This document shows positions 1 through 12,846 of a stretch of DNA of 64,000 bases, in pieces. The stretch is from assembly GCF_006345805.1 (NCBI RefSeq), contig NW_021830450.1:2487-66486 (forward strand), in the 5' to 3' direction. This DNA comes from Octopus sinensis. Its lineage: Eukaryota. A model generated the notes under the pieces. That model was given only the letters and a program-made list of their open reading frames with translations, ran no database searches and was not told the origin of the DNA. The position numbers and the translations under genes are program-made. Within the stretch, counting starts at the first letter, position 1. Each line of letters starts with the position of its first letter.

Positions 1-239
1 TCTCTCTCTCCACACACACCACATATATATATATGTATATATATATATTTGTATGCATATATATGTGTCTGTGTATGCGTGTGTATGCATAAGTGTGTCT
101 ATGTGTATATGTATATACGTATATCTGTTTATATGTATACACACACCACACAGACACATATATATATATATATATGAGGAGATTGAAAGAAAGAGAAAGG
201 CGCTCATAAATGTATGTATATGTTTGTGTATAAGAGCAC

Positions 240-240
<1 letters not shown>

Positions 241-312
<72 letters not shown>

Positions 313-385
313 ATATATATACATATATATAATAATCTATGATAAAAATATTATATATGATATATCAAATGCATATATATATATG

Positions 386-434
<49 letters not shown>

Positions 435-515
435 TATATATATTATATATGAATATACATTTATATGTAATGATATATATATTTATCTAATACAGGAGAC
501 ATATTAATATATATT

Positions 516-560
<45 letters not shown>
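241..560. repeat. (AT)n microsatellite field
   Basis: Long TA dinucleotide runs; source of YIYIYI pseudo-ORFs. Confidence 0.95.
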
Positions 561-567
<7 letters not shown>

Positions 568-1258
568 ATATGTTTGTGAGCTCACACACACACACACATA
601 TGGGCTCATGTGTGTGTGTGTTGGTGTGCTGTATGAACATGCTGGCAGCCATTTTAATATTGCATAGTTTCACTGAGGCTAGATTTCATCGATTAACCTC
701 AAAATACTTGTTTTCTATTATATCACCGCCATGTCACTGTCCAAGCGTCCATATCGACCTGTAAAAGCTGTACTTGCGATTTATTGCAGATGTGGAGGTT
801 TGAAGGCAAGCATAAATATAAATTATATCTATGTATATGTCAATGTGTGTGTGGATGCGTTTCTGCGAGTGACCATATGTGTGTGTGTGTGTGCGTGTGT
901 GAGTGTGTGTGTTGTGGGGAGAGTGGCATTGTTTGTTGGTTAAGATTAACACTTAGGCTTATGGGGTTTTGTTGGGTCATCAAAAATACATACATATATA
1001 CATATATTCATACACACATGCATTCATACATATATAACTGCATACAAATATATATATGCATGCAGCATATACATAGGTTTATATTTATGCTTATTTATGT
1101 ACAAGCATTGTATAGGTATATATACATATCTTTTTATACCTATTTGTATACATGCGTGCACACACTTACGTGTAAATATATATACGTATACACACATACG
1201 TGTGTGTGTATATTATCAGATGTGTGATTACAGATATTTACAGTTATATCTTTGCATA

Positions 1259-1341
<83 letters not shown>

Positions 1342-2130
1342 GACCTACACATAAAATTACATACAAATCAAAAGTTATTGAGTCCTACGTATCACTGTCT
1401 CATAATGATATACAATTCAATAGACTTTCAGAGTAGAAAATTATTATTGTGGAATTTTTGATTCTCAATACCTTACAGTTACTGGATTACTTCATTCTGG
1501 AATTATGAAAACAGTCTTACATTCCCATAAATTGTTTAGAGAATAATCACTGAGTTAAGTTATTCTCGATTAAGAACAAACAAGAATAACAGCATTACGT
1601 TTCATTGTAGTAAAAATGCGAAATAAATTTCGATTCTGATAGACTCTGTGATGTTAATAAAGAAATGGGAACAACTGGCTTTGGTTTTAGTTCTTTGCCC
1701 AGTCGTATAGAATCGGTTTTTATACTAAGGAATTTGTTTATCTCGTGGGGCGTTGATGATTTAGTTTATAATAAATATAGTTGAATGTTGATTCTAGCGA
1801 CGTATTGTGGGTTGTGAGTTGAGTGTGCGCTTTGTGTGTTTCTGAGAAGGGCACATTGATATACTGTTCGAAAGAAGCATCACATCACGTGCTTATGTTA
1901 CCTGTTATGGACAGGCATTTAATCTGCCAGTCATTCGAAGATGCTGGAGTAGCACCTTGAAAAGGTTTTATTGATCAAATCGACGCAAGTTTTTATCTTT
2001 TAAGTACTTACTTTATCGAAATCTTTTGCCGAATGTGCAAAGTTATGGGAACATAATCAGGACAAACCAACATTGACTGTCGAGCGAGAGGGGACGAAAA
2101 GTCAGATTCTGTGTGTGTGTGTGAGTGTGT

Positions 2131-2164
<34 letters not shown>

Positions 2165-2166
<2 letters not shown>

Positions 2167-2290
2167 ACACAGTTTCTGCCTACCAAATCCACTCACAAAG
2201 CATTGGCTGGACTGAGGCTAGTAGGTGTTGCGCTTAGGAACTGAACTCTAAACCATATCGTTGCAAAGCGAACGTTTTTATAACCTACGT
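2165..2290 (-). mobile_element. tRNA-derived SINE family B, degenerate 5' part
   Basis: Contains ctaccaaatccactcacaa shared with copies near 33.4 kb and 57.2 kb; reverse-strand box B-like gttcagttcc. Confidence 0.65.
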
Positions 2291-2514
2291 GGATACAATT
2301 CTTCAATGATTCTTACAAAAAATCTGTCTGTGAATCCACTCTATATTAGGGAAACTCGTATAGAAATCCATTGAAGAGAATACATCTACAGTTTAAACCA
2401 TCTAAGAGAATTGGAAAAAATCTATGATATGATATATATATATATGCGTGTGTGTGTGTGTGTGTGTTGTGTGTGTGGTGTGTGTGTGGTGTGTGTGTGT
2501 GTGAGTGCGTGTTC

Positions 2515-2849
2515 CTTTCTGTCGAAGAGCGTAGGATCTAAACGTAAAAGACTTTCTCACCTTCCCGAGCATCAAACTAATACACCTACTTGTTGTTTAT
2601 GCACCTGTCATCATCTTTTGTTTTTCTGAAAATTTCACATATATATATATATATATATATACATATCGACTGCTACCTACTAAGGCTTTTTTTTTATTCT
2701 CTGTCTGTTTATTCTCTTGTGTTTTCTTCCTCTGTCGAAGAGCGTAGGCTCGAAGCGTAAAAGACTTTCTCACTTTCCCGAGCGTTAAACTAATACACCT
2801 GTTTGTTGTTTATACACCTGTCTTCGTCTTTTATTTTTTTGTAAATTTC

Positions 2850-2860
<11 letters not shown>
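2515..2860 (+). mobile_element. Two direct copies (~213 bp apart) of a PLE-terminus-like repeat, each with a degenerate hammerhead-like motif
   Basis: ctgtcgaagagcgtagg(a/c)tc(t/g)aa(a/g)cgtaaaagactttctcac...cccgagc at 2519 and 2732; related to the 38.6 kb unit. Confidence 0.6.
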
Positions 2861-2895
<35 letters not shown>

Positions 2896-4190
2896 TTGAT
2901 ATATACACACTATCGATAGGCCAGTTGCTGCAGTATTTTTCCTGGGACAGCTTTTCGTACGGACTTAGTGTGCTCAAAACAATAGATATGAGTGTCAAAA
3001 ATCCTTGTCAGGAGCGGTCATTGAGTGTACCAGATTCCCGGATGCATTTGGGCTGCGTTCAACCTTTTTGAGCATACTCATACGAAAATTCGTCCTGTCT
3101 GTTACAAGAAAAGAAAAATGATAGAAACAAAAACCAAAAGACATTGAGGTTGCAAATAGGCGCCCAGTTGGTTAACGATGAATTATATACAACAAAAGCA
3201 AACGGAATTTATGCCAGGAATATAACACAAAGAATATAATAGAAGGAATATTATACATTAGTGCTTAAAATGAATATAAGCAGATATTATTTTATCGCCT
3301 TTAAAATGTTTCTTTTGCTCATTTCCTTACTGTGCAATAAATTCTTTATCTGTTGGCTGTGGTATAATTTGAACTTTTGAATGTTTCTTCAAACTACTTG
3401 TTGTAAGTTATTCAATGCTATTCACTTTACTGTATCTCTGTCCTTTATTTATTAAACACCTTTCTTTAAGTCCCATAAGCATTTAAAAATATTCAAGACA
3501 ACACAAAATTCACAGTAACACCAAGTCAAATTCCCAAGTTTGCTATTATTTAGGGCGTTTACAGCAAATACTTTCATCTATCCGTCCGTTCGTTCATCCG
3601 TCTGTACGTACGTACGTACGTACATACATACATACATCCAGAAATACGTAGGTAAGTACGTCCGTACATACACATTTCAGAAAGGTGAAAAAACATGTGA
3701 CGTAAAGAATCGTCTGAGACAGGAACTAAACATGCAAAACTCCTCGCTGTCATTACTGGTTATGATCAGTCTTTAATTATTTGGCCAAATACGATCCTTT
3801 ATCATTTAGCAGAAAATTTCCATTCTGCAACCTATTGATTTCATCTGAACCACACATAACATGTTCGGTGTGAATGACGATTTCTCAGATAAAATGGCTT
3901 TTCTTCATTATCCTAAATTGTTTCAGCCTATTCGACAAAAGAATATGTATCTATCTTTGCTTTTCTCTATATTCTATTTCATCCTCCATATCATTAATTT
4001 ATTGCAACTATGCACAGCATGAAGTCCTTAGAGTTATTGTAAAATTTACTCATAGCATATATATAATCGTCCATTAAGCTATATGGATTAAATATAAAAA
4101 TTGAAACACCTCACCAAATGAAGAGGGAGAACTTTCTTTCCCACTTCCTTTTCTCCGTCTCTATTATTTTCTCATTGGTTCTCTTTACCT

Positions 4191-4225
4191 TTTTCTGATG
4201 AAGTACTAGCGCCCGAAACGTCCAC
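4191..4225 (+). ncRNA. Degenerate minimal hammerhead-like motif
   Basis: CTGATGA-A-gtactagcgccc-GAAACGTC; core intact, stems I and II poorly paired. Confidence 0.35.
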
Positions 4226-4569
4226 AGTCTTTATAAGCGTGAACCTCAGCCAACCGCCGTTTAAAGCTCGTCTCTCTCGTTTTGCCTCCTTTTGCTCATT
4301 AGCTGATGTGTCTACGCACAAACACACACACAACATTCAATGTTGAACCTGAAATTAATTTTAATCCTTAATCTATGTTTCACATTGATAAGTAATTACT
4401 TCAAGACCTGAAGAGTAAAAAAATAATAAAGAATGGGGAAATAACTCTGCTGCGCTGATACCCGTAGCCTGAAAGAAGGAAAATGATGCGACGTGACATT
4501 ATATAACACATTGTATTATCTTACACTTATATAAACACATTATATGCATATACATACATGCACACACAC

Positions 4570-4603
<34 letters not shown>

Positions 4604-5151
4604 GTATATATATATATATATATATATATATCATATATCATTTACCTGTATCAAGATAAATAAATAGATGTATCAATAGCTAGACGTAAGCACGTATATA
4701 TGATAATCTGCCAGATGATATTCGCGAGATGATATTCCTATAATTTCTCAGTTTCTCCTGTGTATATCAATATATATTCGTTTTATAACGATTATATGCT
4801 TGCGCTCCCTTTCTATGCATCTTGTAGGTGTCACTGTTCATCTGTGTATGTGGGTGTAGGTATATGTTTATTTAATTATATATGTATATGTAACTGTGTG
4901 TCTCTGTGTGTTTGCGTGTGTGTGTGTTTGTATCTGTGTGTGTGTGTGTGTGTGCGTGTGTGTGTTTGAATTGATCGTCTTTCTTATAGTGTTCTCTACT
5001 TCTGCCCCAGCTGCCGTCACCATCGCGAAACACGCCATTATCGTTCACCCGACTTGTATTTCACAATATTAAAATTCCGCCTTTCATTCAAATCGTGTTA
5101 CAGCAATTGTAAAAACAAAAATAACAACCACTGAATAATAATATTAACAAT

Positions 5152-5152
5152 G

Positions 5153-5220
<68 letters not shown>
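5152..5220. repeat. (TAA)n microsatellite
   Basis: Pure AAT run. Confidence 0.95.
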
Positions 5221-5222
<2 letters not shown>

Positions 5223-5492
5223 GAAGAAACAGAAAGAAAGAAAGAAAATCCAAAGAAAATACAAAAGCAAGAATGCTCAAGGATGCAGAAGACGTTTTAT
5301 CCGAAACTAATTTCTATTTACAGCAAGCTCCAACATATACACTAACATTTAATCATAGCAAACTACTCACACACAAAGACAACGCACACACACACACACA
5401 CGCACGCAATATATATATATACACATATAAATAGATACACAAAGACACACACACATACATACATACATAAACAAAGCATACAGTTGTATATA

Positions 5493-5565
<73 letters not shown>

Positions 5566-6811
5566 CATATATAGACGTCGCATACAAATCAAATTGAACA
5601 GACAAATATTTTCCCAGGATTTTTCTCTCAGTTCAAACTCTAAGAAAGAATTCAATCGGTTTAATACCGTTTTCAATAGCCAGCAGGTTTCTCAGGAAAG
5701 ATTACCTCCCCCACTGCGCTCTAAAGCAGTGTATCGACTTTCAATTACCATTGTGTACAAACATGAAGACTTATACATGTCCATAGGCTTGCGTTCGATG
5801 GACTCGTACATATACGCATGCGCACATTCATATACGTACACACTCTCACACAAACGTAAACAGGCACAAACACAAATACAGGCACACACATGCAGACACA
5901 CACACACACACACATTAACGTATGCATACACATAGAAATAGAAGCTCATACCTACACAAACACATATAAACAAGCGAAAAGCAATCCGCCATTGTTATAT
6001 TTGTAAAAGCAGACGATAGAAAAGAAGAAAAGCAACTGAAAGAGAATAAAACGAAACGAAATGGAAGAAAATATCAAGAAATATTAAATAATACCAATAA
6101 ATATTAAATACATATTTATACATAAAAGTATAAACGTATATAAAGGTCTATAAACGTGGTCGAATATCTATTTGATTTTGTAAAAGCTCTGTATATGAGA
6201 GCTTACATAGACACGTTACTGTGTGATTGCACTTCTGTGAAAAGAATTGCACGCGCAACTGTGTATCGGCGTGTGTGTATCGATGTTTGTGTGGTTTGTG
6301 AATTTTACAATATTCGACAAAGAAAAAATACACAATCATATTTATATATTCTTATTTACAACGCTTAACAGAAGCCTATAAATAATAGCATTTATCTATT
6401 TTTTTACTTCTACAATATCGGTTGTTGACTCACATTTCTTCTATTATTTATGTGCTCTCCGTCGCTTTTCTTTCTTCTCTCTCAATCTCATACACGCACA
6501 CGTATGCACACATATACATATACATATAGAAATACATGTATATATATATATGAGTATATATAAATATAAATATGTGTGTGTGTGTGCGTGGGTGTATATG
6601 TGTGTGTGCGTTTGTGTGTGCAAGAACGAAAATGTTATCAATTCACAAATAATATGCGTGAGTATAAATGTGTGCATAAGTGTGTGTAAATGAATTTATG
6701 CATTTATATTATTGTAGTGTTCAGCTCAATCTCTGTTGCCACTCATATATGAAACTCCGAACCCTATAAAAGAAAATGATTTGGACGCCGCAATATAACA
6801 TAATATAATAC

Positions 6812-6950
6812 GAACTGGCAGAATCGTCAGCACAGCTGGTGAAATGCCTAGCGCCATTCCGTCCGTCATTATGTTCAAATTCTGCCGAGCTCCAGTTTGC
6901 CTTTCATTCTTTGGGGGTCGATAAAATAAGTACCTGATCCCGTGCCAAAA
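6812..6950 (+). mobile_element. tRNA-derived SINE family A
   Basis: ctggcagaatcg...gttcaaattctgccgag...gcctttcattctttgggggtcgataaaataagtacc matches copies at 10085 and 30396. Confidence 0.75.
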
Positions 6951-7404
6951 TTGGTGAAACTGTAAAGTGGTCGGATCGGATACCTTACCATATTAGTTCC
7001 GGATTTTTCTGTTCTTAATTCAAATCTTGCCGTGGCCTGTTTATGTGGTAGACTTATCCTACTGCTTGGTTTCATATCACTGCCTCATATCTTGGGTCTA
7101 TTTAGTGAAGTTCATTTTATTGTTAGCTTTAGACAAGAGGAGGCCTTCCTACGTTTGAGGAAACCTTCCTCTTCTCCTGCAACTCTCGGAGGCGCTGTAA
7201 CGGGCCACGAGCTCTGCGTTTGCTTAACCAACATATTTATTCATTAAGATCAAGGAACTTAGAGAGTTATAGAGCTTCACCACTATCATTTCTGAAAAAC
7301 CGCATGTCTGCTCAATCTTATCAATAACTAACTATGAATGGAAGGAAAACGGTTTCAAATGAGACGCATCGTCAAATTTACTCTGCAAACAACTTGGATT
7401 GGAA

Positions 7405-7773
7405 GCACTCCGTCGGTTACGACGAGAGTTGATCCGAATCAACGGAACAGCCTGCTCGTGAAATTAACGTGCAAGTGGCTGAGCACTCCACAGACACGTG
7501 TACCCTTAACGCAGTTCTCGGGGATATTCAGCATGACACAGAGAGTGACAAAGCCGGCCCTTTGAAATACAGGTACAACAGTAACAGGAAGTAAGAGTGA
7601 GAGAAAGTTGTGGTGAAAGAGTACAGCAGGGATCACCACCATCCCTGCCGGAGCCTCGTGGAGCTTTAGGTGTTTTCGCTCAATAAACACTCACAACGCC
7701 CGGTCTGGGAATCGAAACCACGATCCTACGAACGCGAGTCCGCTGCCCTAACCACAGGGCCATTGCGCCTCCA
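7405..7773 (-). mobile_element. tRNA-derived SINE family C, near full length
   Basis: Reverse strand has box A (tggccctgtgg) and box B (ggtttcgattcc); body homologous to 45561-45880. Confidence 0.8.
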
Positions 7774-7959
7774 CAATGCAAACAACTTACAAATACCATT
7801 GCAAGAGTTCTATACTAAACTCAGTATTGAAAAGACTGATGGCGTGATCAAATCCATGCGGTAGAAAGCATGTTGTGTCAAACGTATTGCTAAATGTCGG
7901 CAGACAATCATGGAACTAGACGGTGGAATTCCTCTCCACTAAAAGAACTTAAAAACAAT

Positions 7960-8180
7960 GAATTCATCATGTGGAGATGGATGACAGGCGATTGGCTATA
8001 AACCAAACACTCAATGCTATTAGCATATCCCGTGAGAGAGAGTTGAGAATATTCTTCACAATGAATTTGGCATGGCGAAGGTTTCTACTCGATGGGTGCC
8101 ACGTCTTCAATAGTGCACCACTCTGACCACAATCAGGGGAGATCTGTAATAATAAATCTCTGAGCGAGGTATACACAACG
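7960..8180 (+). mobile_element. Mariner transposase fragment (decayed)
   Basis: Translates, with a frameshift, to DDRRLAINQTLNAISISRER/VENILHNEFGMAKVSTRWVPRL; WVPRL motif. Confidence 0.75.
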
Positions 8181-8827
8181 GATGAGATGATTTGAGTATT
8201 TGTTTTATTAGAATAATCAAAAGCAGGTCTGTTTTTAAAAGACGAAATGATCCATCATTCAATTCCGATAACAACTCAATCAACGATCATTTTTATCTAA
8301 TTCAGATGGCAAGTGTGCTTTGAGGAAGAATTGCTTTCTATTTCTGCGAGGTTGAGATGCCCCGTAAAGTTCCATCCCTAGTACATCCACCGCTTAGTTT
8401 CGGTGACTGGTAGGTGTTACCCCGCACTCTCTGTCAGCCACAATCCTACAGAGCTTTGATCGTTGACGATCGTTGACCCCTTTATATATTTTTTAAAAAC
8501 CTTGTGCGTCTCCCGCTGCAGTAGAATGTAATTTTGAGGTTTAAGTTTAACTGCTACTTCTAAACCACGTCGAGTGCTCCTTGTATTGCGCGGTGTTTTT
8601 ATCCTGTTCTATTAAATTGCATGCTGCGGTGTTGTGCTCGAAATAAACAAGATTATTGTCAAATTCGTTTTAAACTTGCATTGACCATCATTGGATTCTG
8701 GCGGAGGTCTTTGTAATTGTTGACAAGCATTCTTCGTACGTTAGTGACATTCCTGAGTTTGACAACTGCTGTCAAATTGTCTTCACTGCTGAACTCACTA
8801 AAGATTTGTTCGTTCATGTATTGAAAT

Positions 8828-8828
<1 letters not shown>

Positions 8829-8863
<35 letters not shown>

Positions 8864-8956
8864 ACTACTTCTACTTCTTTTTCTTCTTCTTCATCACCAC
8901 CACCACCACCACCACCACCACCCCACCACCACCACCACCACCACCACCACCACCGC

Positions 8957-8996
<40 letters not shown>

Positions 8997-9003
8997 GTCA
9001 TCG

Positions 9004-9039
<36 letters not shown>

Positions 9040-9075
9040 ACATCATCATCATTATCATCATCATCATCATGATGA
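8829..9075. repeat. Compound trinucleotide microsatellite (TAC/TTC/CAC/CAT)
   Basis: Consecutive triplet runs. Confidence 0.95.
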
Positions 9076-9542
9076 CCATAATCATCTTAGTTGCCATGCC
9101 CGTCAATATTCTTTCACCCACCTAGGTTCTGGCAAGTTCTTATATAACTACTTTTCGATGTTTTCGCTCTTTTTATTTTGTTCTTTCTCCTCATTGTTCT
9201 CCCAGCACATTGGGCGGCAAGCTTCATCACCTGGGTTCGATCGGCTGCTTCTCTTACACATTCATTTTCCGCGTTATGTTAACTGTCTTCAGATGGTCAT
9301 GAATCGACAGCCGCCAAATGAACTTCGACCTGCCCTTTTATACTTGTCAAAAGGTTGCACGCAAATCCAAATCATGGATGCTTCCGAGTGCGGTTCATTG
9401 GTTGGACGAAGAATGTGGACAGCCAATGAATGGAGCGGAAAACATACCCACACTCATTACCGCCCTTAACCATTGTACAGATACACTCACTCCAATACAG
9501 GACATAATTATATATATTTAACTTAATTTCGATTTCGGGTTT

Positions 9543-9577
<35 letters not shown>

Positions 9578-9688
9578 TCTGTCTGTCTCACTCTGCTTTT
9601 CTAAACCAGAGTTAATCATTAAATGTAATGGTTTCATTCTCCTCAAGGTCGGCGCAATTTTAATTCGAGATGTTTGATAGCTCTCCAT

Positions 9689-10000
9689 AGGCGCAGGTAG
9701 GGTTGTGTGGTTAAGAAGAACTCTTTGCAAGTATATGGTTCCAAGTTCAGTGGTAATTGTCTTCTATATCCCCGAACCAGCAGGTACCTTCTGAATTAGA
9801 AACTGTGAGGAATCCCGCCCTGCCCGTTTGTGTGTTCGCTTACGTGTGTGTGTTCGTTTGTGTTTGTGTATGCCTCACCACCGCTTGACAGCTGTTAAGT
9901 TATGTCCCCGTAACTTAGCTGTTCGGCAAAAGAAAACGGGCGAATAAGTACTAGGCATGAAAATGCTGGCTTCGATATGCTTGGCCCAAATTGGCTGCAA
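9689..10000 (+). mobile_element. SINE family B, degenerate
   Basis: ggttgtgtggttaagaag...gttcagt; 3' body tatgtccccgtaacttagctgttcggcaaaaga. Confidence 0.65.
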
Positions 10001-10084
10001 TGCAATCACAAGTAAAAGATATTCTAACTTATCTTCTGACTTTTCACTGCTTCACACAAGTGCTGCGTATATTATTTTGTTCTA

Positions 10085-10465
10085 GGGTGGCGAGCTGGCA
10101 GAAACGTTAGCACGCCGGGCGAAATGCTTAGCGGTATTTCGTCTGCCGTTACGCTCTGAGTTCAAATTCCGCCGAGGTCGACTTGGCCTTTCATCCTTTC
10201 GGGGTCGATATAATCGACTTAATCCGTTTGTCTGTCCTTGTTTGCCCTCTCTGTGTTTAGCCCCTTCTGGGTAGTAAAAAAATAGGTATTTCGTCTACCG
10301 TTACGTCCTGAGTTCAAATTCCGCCGAGGTGACGTTGCCTTTCGTCCTTTAGGGGTCGTTTAAATAAGTATCAGTTACGCACTGGTGTCGATGTAATCGA
10401 CTTAATCCCTTTGTCTGTCCTTGTTTGTCCCCTCTATGTTTAGTCCCCTGTCGGCAATTAAGAAA
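10085..10465 (+). mobile_element. SINE family A, one copy with a head followed by a headless tandem copy
   Basis: gagttcaaattccgccgaggt occurs twice (~10158 and ~10310). Confidence 0.85.
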
Positions 10466-11194
10466 TATATATATATATATATATATTCTTTTATTCTTTT
10501 AAACGTTTCAGTCATTTGGCCTCAATCACCGCGTTTCTTGTTTCCAACATTCCAAAAACAAGTTACATCCCTGTTGTTCTAGAATACTAAATACTGCGTG
10601 GTTTACCTCATTTGGACTAATTTGGGGCATAAAAGCACCCTTATTTATATCGCTGACGGATGATAACCGCCCACCGCCGTGACTGTCAGATCACGTGAAA
10701 TCACCCTTCCTTGGGCTTGTCAATGACAGACGTCCAGCTAAACATAGCAACTGATACCCACGTCAGCGGTGTATAAAGTCTCAGTGTCTATTCAGGCAGG
10801 GGTGCCGCAAACAGCCATTGGACTGCAAATAAAAAAAATAAAAAACAAAACAAACAAAAAACCCCAATTAATAGTGACTGAAGTGGTATAATACCAAAAG
10901 GTATTTACCTGACCACCACCACTTAAAGTGAATGTTGTATTAACCGTTTTTGATATCTGCGTTGTATAAATCATCTGTTTTTATGTATTTTTGTATAACT
11001 TAGGAAATTTTAAGCTGTCCTGTATTTCAGTAGATTGTACAGCGTCTCCTTATTAAGGGGACGCTGTCCAATATACCAAACGACCTTCCAAGAATTCGTT
11101 CTACTTTTTCTCTTTTGTATACTCCTTGTTTCATTTATCTTTTCGTAAATTGTCTGGACAGGTTTTATTGCGTGCATTCATAGGTATCTTTTAT

Positions 11195-11552
11195 CTCTTG
11201 TTTCTGTCATTGGACTGCGGCCATGCTGGGGCATCGCCTTGAAGCATTTCGTCGAACAAATCGATTCCAGTACTTATTTCAATGTTTGGTACTTACTTCA
11301 TCGGTGTCTTTTGCCGAATCGAAAAGCAAACCAATACCGATTGTCTAGCAGTGAGAGGACTGATAAAAACACAACTCCCCTATACATATATAAGACGGGC
11401 TTCCATACAGTTTCCGCCAGCCATATTCACTCACAAAGTATTGGTCAGCTCGGTGTTATAGTAGAAGGCACTTGCCCAGGGCGCTTTGCGTTGGAACTGA
11501 ACCCGAAACCAAGTGGTTGCAAAGCGAGTTTCTTAACTACACGGCCATGTCT
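11195..11552 (-). mobile_element. SINE family B, near full length
   Basis: cggccatgctggggcatcgccttgaag ... ggaactgaacccgaaacc; homologous to 56950-57300. Confidence 0.8.
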
Positions 11553-11598
11553 GTACTTTTGTTCACTGGTAGTGAACAGCTGACACCGTAGTACATCT

Positions 11599-11623
11599 CC
11601 AGCGTCAGAATCTGTGCATAGGC

Positions 11624-11681
<58 letters not shown>

Positions 11682-11709
11682 TCGCCAGCGTCAGAATCTG
11701 TGCATAGGC
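11599..11709 (+). mobile_element. Two identical 25-bp LINE-like 3' tips, each followed by (TAA)n
   Basis: ccagcgtcagaatctgtgcataggc at 11599-11623 and 11685-11709; resembles the 3' end of the LINE at 31777 (agaagctgtgcaaagac). Confidence 0.55.
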
Positions 11710-11740
<31 letters not shown>

Positions 11741-11742
11741 TG

Positions 11743-11806
<64 letters not shown>

Positions 11807-11807
<1 letters not shown>

Positions 11808-12306
11808 TGTCTTGGTATAAAAGATGGGCTTGTCTTGGTATAAAAGATGGGCTACAGCAAATATTCTGCTCAATACCACAGATTTGCTTGTCAGTTGCTT
11901 GACCTTAACCAGTTGAGCATGTCCCTTAGTGGCTGACGATATGTGCATCTCTGATCACGAGCAGAAGTAGTGGGGGAGCATCATAGCCATGTGTTGAGAA
12001 GGATTCTTTGGAGTTTGAATAGTTCACCTCTGGAAACATGGGTGGTTCTTTCAACATCCTTAAACAACCCTTATTCAGGGACCGTTTGAGCGGGATGGGC
12101 TACTCAACCTGAAGAAAATTCTAACTGGGCCCCACCTGCAAGGTCATGTGCTGTTTATCTTGATATGAGATCACCATGTCGCGCACATATGGTTGTGATG
12201 CATGTGCCCGGTGTACCTTTATCAGACGGGTAGTCATGATGGGTATACTGGGCTTCGTATATTTTACCCCAGTGTCACTTTGATGGCATGCTCTGCTCGC
12301 TCACTC
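11807..12306 (+). mobile_element. Non-coding (TAA)n-embedded retroposon, 5'-truncated copy
   Basis: Near-identical to 51695-52248; 23-bp tandem duplication at its 5' end; TAA tracts on both sides. Confidence 0.85.
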
Positions 12307-12360
<54 letters not shown>

Positions 12361-12365
<5 letters not shown>

Positions 12366-12822
12366 TGGGCTACAGCAAATATTCTGCTCAATACCACAGA
12401 TTTGCTTGTCAGTTGTTTGACCTTAACCAGTTGAGCATGTCCCTTAGTGGCTGACGGTATGTGCATCTCTGATCATGAGCAGAAGTAGTGGGGGGAGATC
12501 ATAACCGTGTGTTGAAAGGAATTCTTGGAATTTTGGATAATTCACCTTTGGAAACATGGGTGGTTCGTTCCACATCCTTAAACAATCCTTATTCAAGGAC
12601 TTTGAGCGGGATGGGTTACTCGACCAGAAGAAAATTCTAACTGGGCCCCACCTGCAAGGTCATGCGCTGTTTATCTTGATATGAGATCATCATGTCGCGC
12701 ACATATGGTTGTGATACATGTACCCAGTGTACCCTTATCAGACGGGTAGTCATCATGAGTATACTGGGCTTCGTATATATTACCCCAGAGTCACTTTGAT
12801 GGCATGCACTGCTCTCTCACTC
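12361..12822 (+). mobile_element. Non-coding (TAA)n-embedded retroposon, second more diverged 5'-truncated copy
   Basis: Same 3' end (ctctctcactc-aataat); begins right after the preceding copy's TAA tail. Confidence 0.85.
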
Positions 12823-12846
12823 AATAATGATGATGATGATGATGAT

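Noticed and set aside
2943-3098. Short degenerate inverted repeat suggesting a MITE
   Set aside because: Arms are under 30 bp with gaps, no TSD and no second copy in the window
5952-6035. Minus-strand 84-nt exon-like segment and similar splice-like patterns (10.9, 42.6, 57.3 kb)
   Set aside because: Low-complexity context, frequent stops or uninformative peptides; likely chance matches
7700-7773. tRNA-like sequences (also near 45561, 59182, 10085, 30396)
   Set aside because: They are SINE heads with A/B boxes running into SINE bodies; no complete cloverleaf
10690-10800. E-box/CRE/TATA-like cluster (cacgtg, acgtca, tataaa) as a promoter
   Set aside because: Short motifs are expected by chance and no linked exon was identified
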